The translations under genes were made by a program, and so were the position numbers. The notes beneath the pieces were generated by a model. The model ran no database searches. It was not told the DNA's origin and saw only the letters and a program-made list of their open reading frames with translations. Shown here in pieces: positions 32,514-42,651 of a stretch of 64,000 bases of DNA (position 1 is its first letter; each line of letters opens with the position of its first letter). Source of the stretch: Ferrovum sp. (GTDB taxonomy: Bacteria; Pseudomonadota; Gammaproteobacteria; Burkholderiales; Ferrovaceae); contig JAAGNR010000062.1 of the NCBI GenBank assembly GCA_010435995.1, positions 12 through 64,011 on the forward strand, read 5' to 3'.

Positions 32514-32846
32514 TCACGGAGGATTTTTGGGCGGCGCTGAAGCAGGCGCACCACCCAACTTTTCGGTCACCCTATCCACCACACGTGCCGTTGCTTCAGC
32601 TCCGCGCTGAACACCTTTTTCAGCAGCTTTAGCCCCACGCTCCACGCCCCTGGCGGCGGCATGCACTCCGCGATCCACGCCGTGCGCGCCCGCTTTTAAG
32701 CCATGGTCAACGGTATGCTCCGCCCGATCAACCAGAGATGGCTGGGAGTTTCCAGAACCTTTAGACGACTCCTCCGCAGGGGCAGATGTCGTAAAACAAC
32801 CTAAGGCAAACGACAATATCAAACCAAAGTATGGGCGCATGATCAT
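32514..32846 (-). CDS. Exported hypothetical protein with 11-aa repeats
   Basis: Signal-like N-terminus; VDHGLKAGAHG/VDRGVHAAARG/VERGAKAAEKG/VQRGAEATARV repeats; start uncertain. Confidence 0.6.
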   Translation of the reverse strand: MIMRPYFGLILSFALGCFTTSAPAEESSKGSGNSQPSLVDRAEHTVDHGLKAGAHGVDRGVHAAARGVERGAKAAEKGVQRGAEATARVVDRVTEKLGGAPASAPPKNPP

Positions 32847-32994
32847 GAACTGGGGGAGGAAAAAACAAAATATTCTGATTCTGTGATGATACACCTGCCA
32901 AGAGATTTGAGCGCTGTGGATTTCGCGCCTTGCAAATACCTGTCCCCCAAACCAAACATCGATTCATGGATTTCTGTTGGCGTCGGGAGACCGG

Positions 32995-35799
32995 TTAGGT
33001 TTGCAGTACGGCGTTCCACAGCGCCACCACTGACAGCCGAATGTGCTCGGCGCGTGCGGGATCAACGCGCACCTTTTCGACCCCTTGCAGGCGTTGCTCA
33101 TGCTGAAACCCGCGTAGGCGGGCATACCCCGAGGCTACCTGCTCGGCCAGCACGCCATCGATCAGACCTGCCCGTTTCGCCCGCCGCAATAACTCCGCAT
33201 TGCCCACGTTATCAACCAATTCCGGTTGCCGATGTGCATAGGCAAGAATCAGGTACTGCACGAGGAATTCCACATCCACCACCCCACCTTCGTCCTGCTT
33301 GACATCAAACAGTTCGGTAATGTTGCGATGGCCTTTATGGAGACGTTGGCGCATATGCAAAATTTCTGCCCGTAGCGCCTGAAGATCGCGCACCCGCGTC
33401 AAAACTTGATGGCGAATCGCCTCAAACGCAGCGCCGATAACCGAATCACCCGCAGCGTACCGAGCCCGTGTCAGGGCCTGATGCTCCCACACCCATGCGG
33501 AATTATCACGATCTTGTAACTGGTAGTGGCGGAAGGCTTCCAGGGGACTAACCAGCAGGCCGGCGCCACCATTGGGGCGCAACTGCAGGTCCACCTCATA
33601 AAGAACCCCTACACCTGTGGGAGTCGTCATCCAGCGTAAAATTTTCCGGGCGAGCAAACTGTAATTATCTTGTGCCTCTTGGTGATCATCCTGATACAAA
33701 AAAACCAGATCAAGGTCGGAGGCATAACCCATTTCCTTGCTCCCCCATTTTCCATAGGCAATCACAGCAAAACGCGGCATTTCATGATGGCGTTCAGGAA
33801 CCTCTTGCCACGAGGCTTCCAACACCAACGCCATCATGACGTCAGCCAACGCACTCAAACGGTCCGCCACTTCTTCAACCGTCAACTCTCCCCGCAAATC
33901 ACGCAGAAGAATGCGAAAGGTCTCGGCATGGCGGGCACGCCGCAGAATATCCATGTGTTCTTCTGTATCACCCGACACTTCCAGTAACCGGGCGCGCAAA
34001 GTCGCGCGGAAATGGGTCCAGTATTGATCAAAATCGGTTCGCTGAGGATCCGCGTCCACGAGAAACTCATCCAGCAACTGGGGGCGCTGCGTCACGTAGC
34101 GCGCCGCCCACTCGGAAACCGCCAGCAGTGACAAGAGGCGTTCCAGCACCACCGGGTAGTCCACCAACAACATCAGGTAGGAAGCACGGCGGCTGATGGC
34201 TTCCATAAAATGCAAAAAACGCGTCAGCACCACGGCTCTCTGCGGGTGATCGTAGCCTTCGAGAATCTGGTTCAATCCGCGCCCAAATGCCCGATCGAAT
34301 TGTTCTCGGGTGCGCGCACTCTGGGCCCGATAGGCGGGAAATTGCCGCATCGCCACCAATTTTTGGAGTAGATCACCATCGACATCATCCCCCTGCTCGG
34401 AAAAAGCTTCATTCCCTGCCTGGGCCCATAAGCGTTCTCCCGGCCCTGCCGGGCTGGATACGGATTCCGCTGGAAAAATGCGATCAAATACACCAGACAC
34501 GAATTGCAACCGAGGGACCAGATTGCTCCGAAAAGCTTCGAAGTCAACAAAACCCATGGCCCCTGCAACACGTGCCTGATCGTCATTGTCCATAGGCAAG
34601 CTATGGGTTTGCGCATCATCCAAATACTGTAACCGGTGCTCCAGTTGGCGCAGAAAAATATAATGATCCCGCAGCAAAATCACAGTATCCATCGGCAGAA
34701 ACCCTCTCTGGGCCAACACAGACAGCACCTCAAGAGTGGGAATGAGACGCAACAAAGCATCCTGCCCCCCGCGAATCAACTGAAAAGCCTGAACCACGAA
34801 TTCTATTTCGCGAATTCCACCCCGCCCCAACTTGATGTTTTCCCCACGCCACGCGGCTTGACGCACTGACTCGCGGTCGGCTTCCTCACGAATCTGGCGG
34901 TGGATGGTGCGCAGGGACCCAATGGCGGAGTAATCCAGGTGACGACGATATACAAAGGGTGTGACCAATTGGGCGAGCGCCGCCATGCCTCGGGATACTC
35001 CTGGTCGCGCAGCATCGGACACTACTCGAGCTTTAATCCAGGCGTAGCGCTCCCAATCCCTCCCCTGAACCACAAAATACTCTTCCAGCATGGCCAAACT
35101 GACCGCCACCGGCCCAGCCGTGCCATTGGGGCGTAACCGCAGATCTACCCGAAAAACAAAACCGTCCTCGGTGATTTCCGAGAGCAATGCCCCCAACTTC
35201 TGCCCCATACGCCAGAAAAACTGATGATTGGAGAGCGCCGTCCCAACTCCGCTTCCATCGGTTTCTCCGTCTTCCTCATAGACAAAGATCAGATCTATGT
35301 CTGAGGACACATTCAGCTCTCGCCCCCCCAGTTTCCCCATCCCCACGACCAGCAATTCCTGCTCCAATCCCGAATCGCTGCCGCGAGGAATGCCATGACG
35401 TTGGCACAACGTCTCTCGCAGCCATTCCACTCCGGCCTGAAGGGTAACTTCGGCCAAAAGCGTCATGGATTCCGTGACCTCTGACAAGGAGGCTTGCCCA
35501 TTGAGATCACGGGTCATGATACCCACCAGAACTTCGGCTCGAAGCCGGCGCAGCGCAGCCATCAACGCCCGTTCAGGATCAACCAAGGAAATGGACTGGC
35601 GAATCAGATCAAGGCGCTGCCGTAGTCGATCTCGAGTCCAGGGGGTGTGTGCCGATGACTGCCATATTTCTGCGGGAACTTTTCCGGTCGCCATGACGCG
35701 CGCAGCATAGCGGGAATACTCCTGAACCTGCACCCCAGCAAATCCCGATAACCCCCTGGAGTCTCCCGCAGTCGTACCCGGTGGTTGCAAAGGATTCAT
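32995..35799 (-). CDS. glnE: Glutamine synthetase adenylyltransferase/adenylyl-removing enzyme
   Basis: Two NT domains: MGKLGGRELNVSSDIDL and YGKWGSKEMGYASDLDL; GGIREIEF. Confidence 0.95.
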   Translation of the reverse strand: MNPLQPPGTTAGDSRGLSGFAGVQVQEYSRYAARVMATGKVPAEIWQSSAHTPWTRDRLRQRLDLIRQSISLVDPERALMAALRRLRAEVLVGIMTRDLNGQASLSEVTESMTLLAEVTLQAGVEWLRETLCQRHGIPRGSDSGLEQELLVVGMGKLGGRELNVSSDIDLIFVYEEDGETDGSGVGTALSNHQFFWRMGQKLGALLSEITEDGFVFRVDLRLRPNGTAGPVAVSLAMLEEYFVVQGRDWERYAWIKARVVSDAARPGVSRGMAALAQLVTPFVYRRHLDYSAIGSLRTIHRQIREEADRESVRQAAWRGENIKLGRGGIREIEFVVQAFQLIRGGQDALLRLIPTLEVLSVLAQRGFLPMDTVILLRDHYIFLRQLEHRLQYLDDAQTHSLPMDNDDQARVAGAMGFVDFEAFRSNLVPRLQFVSGVFDRIFPAESVSSPAGPGERLWAQAGNEAFSEQGDDVDGDLLQKLVAMRQFPAYRAQSARTREQFDRAFGRGLNQILEGYDHPQRAVVLTRFLHFMEAISRRASYLMLLVDYPVVLERLLSLLAVSEWAARYVTQRPQLLDEFLVDADPQRTDFDQYWTHFRATLRARLLEVSGDTEEHMDILRRARHAETFRILLRDLRGELTVEEVADRLSALADVMMALVLEASWQEVPERHHEMPRFAVIAYGKWGSKEMGYASDLDLVFLYQDDHQEAQDNYSLLARKILRWMTTPTGVGVLYEVDLQLRPNGGAGLLVSPLEAFRHYQLQDRDNSAWVWEHQALTRARYAAGDSVIGAAFEAIRHQVLTRVRDLQALRAEILHMRQRLHKGHRNITELFDVKQDEGGVVDVEFLVQYLILAYAHRQPELVDNVGNAELLRRAKRAGLIDGVLAEQVASGYARLRGFQHEQRLQGVEKVRVDPARAEHIRLSVVALWNAVLQT

Positions 35800-35845
35800 C
35801 AGGTCCCCACGCGCCTTTGGCGTAATATTTGCCCCTCATGGTGGC

Positions 35846-36847
35846 TCATGCAGACCACAATGGCGCCTCTTCCATTAACGCAATCTGCTCACGCAGTTCC
35901 AAAATGCGATCCTGCCAATAATGCTGTGTATTAAACCAGGGAAACGCCTGCTTAAAAGCCGGGTCGTCCCAACGTTGCGCCAGCCATGCCGAATAGTGAA
36001 TCAAACGCAGCGTCCGCAAGGCTTCAATCAAATGCAATTCGCGCTCATCGAAATCATGAAAATCTTCGTAGCCGGCCAGAACATCCCCCAGTTGACGCAC
36101 CCTGTCGGCGCGCTCTCCCGCGAGAAACATCCACAGATCCTGGATTGCCGGTCCCATGCGACTATCGTCAAAATCCACGAAATGCGGGCCATCGTCCGTC
36201 CACAATATATTTCCCGGATGACAATCACCATGCAACCGCAAAATCCGCACGTCACCCGCCCGAGCGAAACAGTGAGTGACTCCTTCCAACGCATGCTTAA
36301 CGACACTACCATAGGCGGGCAGCAAATCTTTTGGGATAAAATCCTGTGTCAGGAGGAAATTGCTTGGAACCACGCCAAAGGTATCGATATTGATTTCCGG
36401 ACGCTGCTGGAATGGCCTAAGGGTGCCGATGGCATGGATCCGTCCGAGAAAGCGTCCCAGGCGCTCCAGTATCGAGGGATCTTCCAGTTCCGGCGCTCGT
36501 CCACCGTGCTTGTGTGATAGAGAAAATCTAAAACCGCCGAAGCTATGGAGGGTATCCCCCCCCAGTATCAAGGGCGGAACCACGGGGATCTCGTATTCCT
36601 GAAGTTCCTGCAAGAAAGTGTGTTCTTCCAGAATGGATTCATCTGACCAGCGTCCGGGACGGTAGAACTTTGCGATCAGAGGCGCTCCCTGCTCCATTCC
36701 CACTTGATAAACACGGTTTTCATAACTGTTGAGTGCCAATAACCGCCCATCGGCACGAAAACCCACACTCTCCACCGCATCAAGTATGCAAACGGGAGTC
36801 AACGAAGCAAAGTCATGGGTCACCGGAACCTTATCGGAGATCACCAC
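35846..36847 (-). CDS. srkA: Stress response Ser/Thr kinase SrkA/RdoA (YihE)
   Basis: LNSYENRVY, KFYRP.RW, LHGDCH.GN, DFDD, WDDPAF...FPWF; start uncertain. Confidence 0.92.
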   Translation of the reverse strand: MVISDKVPVTHDFASLTPVCILDAVESVGFRADGRLLALNSYENRVYQVGMEQGAPLIAKFYRPGRWSDESILEEHTFLQELQEYEIPVVPPLILGGDTLHSFGGFRFSLSHKHGGRAPELEDPSILERLGRFLGRIHAIGTLRPFQQRPEINIDTFGVVPSNFLLTQDFIPKDLLPAYGSVVKHALEGVTHCFARAGDVRILRLHGDCHPGNILWTDDGPHFVDFDDSRMGPAIQDLWMFLAGERADRVRQLGDVLAGYEDFHDFDERELHLIEALRTLRLIHYSAWLAQRWDDPAFKQAFPWFNTQHYWQDRILELREQIALMEEAPLWSA

Positions 36848-37163
36848 AAATTCACCCCTGGTAACACACATAAAATACGCAACATAGTGATCAATTATAC
36901 ACCTCTGCCACAATGCCCCGAGTAAACGCTCGCGATACAGACACTCAATCAGCCAAATTCAACGGTTAAATTACCCTACTGGAGTCATAAAGCGGTTCGC
37001 ACAGAAGGAACTTTTCTTACCCATCCCTTCAAAGAGGGGTGGGATACTGGGTTGCCCGCCTCTCCAGACCACCCGCGTCTTGAATTCCCTACAATAAATC
37101 CCATAGACTTGGCTAAGGGTCGGATTTCCGATCAGCCTATTGACCCACAAGGAAGGAGTAAAA

Positions 37164-37772
37164 ATGAAACTCTACTATAGCCCCGGCGCCTGCTCTCTTT
37201 CACCACACATCGTTCTTCATGAGTGCGGATTGCCTTTCGATATTGAAAAAGTCGATTTGGCAACCAAGCTTACCAGTGTGGGGCAGGATTTTCGCCAGAT
37301 CAATCCGAAGGGTTATGTCCCTGCGCTGATACTGGACAATGGCCATATGCTGACCGAAGGCCCTGCCATCATCCAGTACGTAGCCGATCTCGTTCCACAC
37401 AAAAATCTGGCCCCGTCAGCAGGAAGCCTGGAACGTTATCAACTTCAGGAATGGTTGAATTACCTCTCCACCGAAATCCATAAAGGTTTCACTCCGCTCT
37501 TCTTCCCGACTGTCCCTCAAGAGACCAAGGAATCCGCCCGCAAGTTGCTCACAAAAAGAATCGGCTTTGTAGCGACAGCCCTGGCTGGGCGTGACTATCT
37601 GATGGGTCCATCATTTTCGGTGGCTGATGCTTATCTTTTCACGGTTTTGAGTTGGGCTCCCCATGTGGGCTTTGACCTTTCTCCTTGGCCCGTCTTGCAA
37701 ACCTACCAGAAGCGCGTAGGGAATCGTCCCGCCGTTCAAGCTACACTGAAAGCCGAAGGATTAATGGTATAG
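37164..37772 (+). CDS. gstA: Glutathione S-transferase (beta class)
   Basis: MKLYYSPGACSL, NPKGYVP.L, TEGPAI.QY. Confidence 0.92.
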   Translation: MKLYYSPGACSLSPHIVLHECGLPFDIEKVDLATKLTSVGQDFRQINPKGYVPALILDNGHMLTEGPAIIQYVADLVPHKNLAPSAGSLERYQLQEWLNYLSTEIHKGFTPLFFPTVPQETKESARKLLTKRIGFVATALAGRDYLMGPSFSVADAYLFTVLSWAPHVGFDLSPWPVLQTYQKRVGNRPAVQATLKAEGLMV

Positions 37773-37786
37773 CACCATCGACTGTC

Positions 37787-38248
37787 TCATGGACTTCGGT
37801 GCTTATGCTGGTGCGTCAAGAACTTGTCCAGTTGGGCCGCAAATGCCTTGCGGTCCCCATGGGACAGAGGAGCGGGTCCGCCCGTATGAATGCCGGAGCC
37901 GCGCAACTGGTCCATGAAATTTCTCATGGTGAGCTGCGCCTCAATGGAATCACGACTATAAACTTCACCCCGCGGACTGAGAACATATCCACCTTGAGCC
38001 AGCACATCGGCCGCCAGGGGAATATCTGCGGTAATGACCAAATCTCCTGAATGCATGCGCTTCACGATTTCGTTGTCAGCCACATCAAAACCCCGCGGCA
38101 CCTGTAACGCCCTGATATGGGAAGAAGCCGGCGTGGGTAAGAGTGAGTTGGCCACCAACGTGGTCGTCACCCTCATTCTTTCTGCCGCCCGGAACAGGAT
38201 ATCCTTGATCACTCCGGGACAAGCATCGGCATCTACCCAAATTTGCAT
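37787..38248 (-). CDS. yaiI: YaiI/YqxD (UPF0178) protein
   Basis: [24 protein letters not shown]. Confidence 0.92.
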   Translation of the reverse strand: MQIWVDADACPGVIKDILFRAAERMRVTTTLVANSLLPTPASSHIRALQVPRGFDVADNEIVKRMHSGDLVITADIPLAADVLAQGGYVLSPRGEVYSRDSIEAQLTMRNFMDQLRGSGIHTGGPAPLSHGDRKAFAAQLDKFLTHQHKHRSP

Positions 38249-38249
38249 G

Positions 38250-38795
38250 TCACTTCGCCTCCAGCAATACCTCATACTCTACCTGTACCGTTTCTTTGTC
38301 ACTGGATAACCACAGGCCTCCATCCTGTATCGTGCAACTCAGCTCCATGGTTCGTTCCACCATCTGCGCCAGAGCTTGACTGCTGGCCAGAGTGACATTG
38401 AACACCTCAAGATTGTTCAAACGCTTGAGCCTGGAACTGATGGATTGCCACCATATCCCGACACTATGGCCTCCATAGGCGTAGATCACCACTTTCTGGG
38501 CACGGCCACTGGCTTTGAGAATTCGTTTCTCATCCGGCAAGCCCACATCAATCCATAACTCAATGGCTCCTGTCAGATCTTTCTGCCACAAATCCGGCTC
38601 CTCATTGTCAGAGAGTCCGCGAGCAAACATCAGTCGTTCATGGGCGTGCCGGGCAAAGGCCAGAAGACGGACCATCATGCGTTCGTCCGTTTCAGAGGGA
38701 TGACGTGCCAGGGTCAATCCATGAGAGACGTAATAGTGTCGCTCCATATCTGAAATTTGCAGATTGACTTTGAAAATAATGGATTTGAGCGCCAT
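38250..38795 (-). CDS. yaeQ: YaeQ-family protein
   Basis: [33 protein letters not shown]. Confidence 0.93.
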   Translation of the reverse strand: MALKSIIFKVNLQISDMERHYYVSHGLTLARHPSETDERMMVRLLAFARHAHERLMFARGLSDNEEPDLWQKDLTGAIELWIDVGLPDEKRILKASGRAQKVVIYAYGGHSVGIWWQSISSRLKRLNNLEVFNVTLASSQALAQMVERTMELSCTIQDGGLWLSSDKETVQVEYEVLLEAK

Positions 38796-39006
38796 GTACT
38801 GTGGGATTCCTAGAATCTGTGGTCAACCTGCCACTCTATCAGTTACCATGGATTTGAGAAAGTGGTTTCATCTGAGATCGCCAACCCGTTTCCCTCTCTA
38901 TGGTATGAGCGTGGATGTTTTGGTAAACTCTCAGGTTGGTCTTACCCCATGCTTGGAGTCCTGTGCGTACTTCTTCTGTCCTGATCGGCCTCCCTCGGAG
39001 GATATC

Positions 39007-39978
39007 TTGAGTTTTGAGCCCATTCGCGCCCTTGTGGATGAAGACATGCGCGCACTCGATGGCGTCATTCGCCACCATCTTCACTCGGAAGTGGTGCTGG
39101 TGCGCCAAGTGGCGGAATACCTCATCCACAGCGGCGGCAAACGCTTGCGTCCCCTGTTATTGCTGCTTTGCGCCCGCGCTTTGGGCTATAAGGGAAATCA
39201 TCACCATACGTTGGCTGCTGTGGTGGAGTTTATTCACACCGCCACCCTTCTGCATGATGATGTGGTAGATAAGTCCGACTTGCGCCGCGGCCAAAAAACC
39301 GCCAACGCCCTTTTTGGCAATGAAGCCAGCGTACTGGTGGGGGACTTCGTTTATTCCCGCGCCTTCCAGATGATGGTTTCTGTCAATCATATGGGCGTGA
39401 TGCAGGTATTGGCCGACGCTACCAATATCATCGCCGAAGGAGAGGTTCTCCAACTCCTCAATTGTCACGACCCAGAGGTGGACGAAACCCGCTATCTTCA
39501 GGTCATTCGTTACAAAACCGCCAAACTGTTCGAAGCCGCTTGCCGCTTAAGTGGATTGCTTGCAGGAACCTCTCCAGATATCGAGCAGCATCTGGCGGCT
39601 TTTGGTGGCGAATTGGGTACCGCTTTTCAGATCATTGACGATGTACTGGACTACTCGGGAAAATTGGAAGACATCGGCAAAAACCTCGGAGACGATTTGG
39701 CAGAAGGGAAAGCTACCCTGCCCATCATCTATGCCCTCAAAAATGGTTCTGCGGAAGAACGCATGCTATTGCGCCAAGCCATTGAAAACGGAGGAGGCAA
39801 TACGCTTGATGCCGTTGCCCATATCGTACAGAACAGCGGAGCGCTGGACTATGCACGGCGCCGCGCCCATGACTTCAGCCTGTCGGCCATTGATCACCTA
39901 AATCAAGCATTACCTGCTTCGCCGTTCCGCGATGGCTTGCATCAACTTACCCTGCTGGCAGTGAACCGAAGACAATAA
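39007..39978 (+). CDS. ispB: Octaprenyl diphosphate synthase
   Basis: GGKRLRP, LHDDVVD..RRG, FQIIDD.LDY, GDDLAEGK; TTG start after GGAGG. Confidence 0.93.
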   Translation: MSFEPIRALVDEDMRALDGVIRHHLHSEVVLVRQVAEYLIHSGGKRLRPLLLLLCARALGYKGNHHHTLAAVVEFIHTATLLHDDVVDKSDLRRGQKTANALFGNEASVLVGDFVYSRAFQMMVSVNHMGVMQVLADATNIIAEGEVLQLLNCHDPEVDETRYLQVIRYKTAKLFEAACRLSGLLAGTSPDIEQHLAAFGGELGTAFQIIDDVLDYSGKLEDIGKNLGDDLAEGKATLPIIYALKNGSAEERMLLRQAIENGGGNTLDAVAHIVQNSGALDYARRRAHDFSLSAIDHLNQALPASPFRDGLHQLTLLAVNRRQ

Positions 39979-40007
39979 ATTTCTCCAACTTCAGGATCTT
40001 TTCCTTA

Positions 40008-40023
40008 TTAAGCCAGTCTTAAG
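40008..40023 (+). promoter_or_regulatory. PmrA/QseB-type direct-repeat box
   Basis: TTAAG-N6-TTAAG, 11-bp period, about 10 nt before a TG-extended -10-like TGTAAT, upstream of the OmpR-family regulator. Confidence 0.55.
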
Positions 40024-40045
40024 ATTGTTCTGGTGTAATACACCC

Positions 40046-40115
40046 ATGAATCTTTAACTCCTCTGTGAATGGATTCGTTTCCCCTTAGGTGGCCCGCTTG
40101 GGCCACCTCTTTTTT
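40046..40115 (+). ncRNA. Candidate small regulatory RNA with anti-SD loop
   Basis: 5' stem ATGAATC/GATTCGT enclosing ACTCCTC, linker TTCCCCTT, terminator hairpin. Confidence 0.45.
40087..40115 (+). terminator. Rho-independent terminator
   Basis: AGGTGGCCC-GCTT-GGGCCACCT followed by C-T6. Confidence 0.85.
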
Positions 40116-40168
40116 GTAGTAAAGTCCTTGCAGTTCCTCTAACATTCTCGTTTACAAGTGGAGCAGTA

Positions 40169-40828
40169 ATGCGATTACTCTTGGTGGAAGATGATGCTCT
40201 GTTAGGTGACGGTCTGCGCGTTGGCTTGCGTCAGGCAGGCTACGCCGTTGACTGGGCTCAGGACGGCCTTGCCGCCAAACTGTCCCTCCAGACTGAAGAA
40301 TATGATCTGGTGGTTCTAGACTTGGGGCTTCCCAAAGTGACCGGTTTGGAACTCCTGCGCTGGTTACGAGGACAAGGAAAATCTGCCGGAATTTTGATAC
40401 TTACGGCCCGGGATACCATTCCTGACCGTATCACAGGCCTGGACGCCGGAGCCGACGATTATCTGATCAAGCCCTTTGATCTGGACGAACTGATCGCCCG
40501 ATTACGCGCCCTGTCGCGACGCAACAGCGGCATTGTCACGCCTCTCTTGCAACATGGTGCTATCACTTTGGATCCGGCCGCCCATCAGGTCAAAAATGGA
40601 TCAGATCTGGTGGATTTGTCCGCTCGAGAATTTGCTCTGTTGCATCTGTTACTGCTCCATATGGGGCGAGTACAGACTCGGGATCAACTGGAAAGTCACC
40701 TCTACGGATGGGGCGAGGAAGTCGAAAGCAACTCTATTGAGGTACATATCCATCATCTGCGCAAAAAACTGGGCAATTCTCTGATTCGCACCCTTAGGGG
40801 AATTGGCTATGTTATCGACAAACCCTGA
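40169..40828 (+). CDS. qseB: OmpR-family response regulator (QseB/PmrA-like)
   Basis: MRLLLVEDD, LDLGLP, GADDY, SNSIEVHIHHLRKKLG..IRT.RG.GY. Confidence 0.8.
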   Translation: MRLLLVEDDALLGDGLRVGLRQAGYAVDWAQDGLAAKLSLQTEEYDLVVLDLGLPKVTGLELLRWLRGQGKSAGILILTARDTIPDRITGLDAGADDYLIKPFDLDELIARLRALSRRNSGIVTPLLQHGAITLDPAAHQVKNGSDLVDLSAREFALLHLLLLHMGRVQTRDQLESHLYGWGEEVESNSIEVHIHHLRKKLGNSLIRTLRGIGYVIDKP

Positions 40829-40855
40829 TTATTCCCTGCTCCGCCATTGATTGCC

Positions 40856-42205
40856 ATGAATTCTCTGCGACGTCGACTCCTCTTGCTCCTTCTGGGGGCG
40901 ATGTCCCTAATTCTGGCTATCGTGGTTTTTTTCGATCATCGTGCGGCACAGCAAGAACTGGGGGCGTTGTTCGATGCACAAATGGCAGAATCTGCCCATG
41001 TACTATTGGGCCTTGCACAACGCACCCTGACCGAGCGCATAGAGCATGGCCAGGAAGACGATACTCCCGTCACCCATGAATATGAACAAGCCATGGTGTA
41101 TCAAGTGTGGAATCAGCAAACCCTGATTCTGCGCTCGGCCACGTCTCCTGCCACCCTCATGGGGGCTTCCACCCAACCCGGATATTCCACCATTCTGATT
41201 CAAAAACATCGTTGGCGCCTTCTGGTACTCTGGGACAACGCCCATGAAATGATGATTCAAATTGCCGAACCCATGCGGGGACGCGAACGCTTGGCGCAGC
41301 AGATTGTGCTCAACATGCTGTTTCCTTCGGTGGCCATCGCCATTCCTCTGGTTCCCATTCTGATCTGGATCATGGTCAATACCGGTTTAAGCCCTTTGCG
41401 CCAATTGCGCCAGGAAGTGGTTCAACGCTCTGCTGATCGCCTTGAACCCTTGGAGCCAGACCGTGTTCCTTTGGAAGTCAAACCCTTGGTTTCTGCTCTC
41501 AATGACCTATTTGAGCGCTTGAAGCAGTCCATTGATTCCGAACGACGATTTACCGCCGATGCCGCCCATGAACTGAGAACCCCCTTAGCCGCTCTACGCA
41601 CGCAAGTACAAGTCGCTTTACGTTCCTCTCTCGAAGAAGACAGGCAACATGCACTGCATCAAGTTTCCCTGGGCATTGACCGGGCCACCCATCTGCTTGA
41701 ACAGCTCCTGACTTTAGCGCGGATCGATCCTGAAGAAGCCGGCATTCGTCATGATGTGGTTTTGCTCCACGCCATTGCTGCCGAAACCATGGCATGCCAT
41801 TCCCCTATGGCCGAACAAAAGAAAATTGAATTGATTCTTAAAGGAGAACCAGGCCTGCGTATTTTGGGGCAACCTGGACATTTGAGTATTCTGTTGCGCA
41901 ATCTGGTGGACAATGCCATCCGCTACAGCCCTTCACGCAGCACCGTTACCCTATCTCTCACCCAAAACGCCGATCAGAGCAGTCAACTGGAAGTGATCGA
42001 CAATGGCCCCGGAATCCCTGAAGAAGATATGAAGCGCGTCTCGGAACGCTTTTATCGCGTTCCCGGAAGTAACCAACCTGGGAGCGGCCTAGGCCTCTCC
42101 ATCGTACAGCGTATTGCGGAACATCATCGTGCACAGGTCACCTTAGCCCCTACGAGTGGAACAGGGGGACTGACCGTACGCATCACCTTCCCTCCCCTTA
42201 CTTAA
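40856..42205 (+). CDS. qseC: Sensor histidine kinase (QseC/PmrB-like)
   Basis: Two TMs, FDAQ periplasmic motif, ERRFTADAAHELRTPL, NLVDNA.RY, DNGPG, GSGLGL. Confidence 0.8.
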   Translation: MNSLRRRLLLLLLGAMSLILAIVVFFDHRAAQQELGALFDAQMAESAHVLLGLAQRTLTERIEHGQEDDTPVTHEYEQAMVYQVWNQQTLILRSATSPATLMGASTQPGYSTILIQKHRWRLLVLWDNAHEMMIQIAEPMRGRERLAQQIVLNMLFPSVAIAIPLVPILIWIMVNTGLSPLRQLRQEVVQRSADRLEPLEPDRVPLEVKPLVSALNDLFERLKQSIDSERRFTADAAHELRTPLAALRTQVQVALRSSLEEDRQHALHQVSLGIDRATHLLEQLLTLARIDPEEAGIRHDVVLLHAIAAETMACHSPMAEQKKIELILKGEPGLRILGQPGHLSILLRNLVDNAIRYSPSRSTVTLSLTQNADQSSQLEVIDNGPGIPEEDMKRVSERFYRVPGSNQPGSGLGLSIVQRIAEHHRAQVTLAPTSGTGGLTVRITFPPLT

Positions 42206-42651
42206 TCGTCCTCTTCAGTCACGCCTTTGAGCACATGACGAATGGCGTCGAGGGTAAACCCTCGGCCGGATAGAAAACGGGCCTGACGCCCGCTTTCATC
42301 CCGAGTTTGCGGCAACCGACCAAATTTTTTTTGCCAAACCGATTGCACGGCCTGGATTTCTTCTCTTTTCGCTTGAGACAGTAAGGGCTGTGCGACCGCT
42401 TCAGTAACCCCTTGACGCATAAACTCCTGCTGTAGTCTCAACCACCCATAACGACCAGATCGAGCACGATACAATGCCTCCGCCGCACGTTGGTCAGACA
42501 CATAGCCCTGACTTTCCAATTGATCCAATACCGCGCAAATGTCAGAAACAGGGGATTCCTCGGCTCTGAGCTTCAACTCCAAAGCATGCCGCGTATACTC
42601 CCTCCGAGACAACCATCGAAGGGCGCGTTGATAGAGTAATTTTGCGCTCAC
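42202..42651 (-). CDS. recX: Regulatory protein RecX
   Basis: AL.WLSRRE, SDQR, RFL..RGF; overlaps the recA stop. Confidence 0.9.
   Translation of the reverse strand: MSAKLLYQRALRWLSRREYTRHALELKLRAEESPVSDICAVLDQLESQGYVSDQRAAEALYRARSGRYGWLRLQQEFMRQGVTEAVAQPLLSQAKREEIQAVQSVWQKKFGRLPQTRDESGRQARFLSGRGFTLDAIRHVLKGVTEEDD

Noticed and set aside
32480-32995. Right attachment site of the tRNA-Lys island
   Set aside because: No repeat of the tRNA 3' end found by eye, so the boundary is undefined
37020-37043. Hairpin CCCATCCCT-N6-AGGGGTGGG between srkA and gst
   Set aside because: No U tract and no recognisable RNA family; too little evidence
38764-39006. N-terminal extension of ispB (likewise serS from 6413, pgpA from 45092, ribE from 48698)
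   Set aside because: Overlaps neighbouring genes; the conserved domain and RBS start downstream
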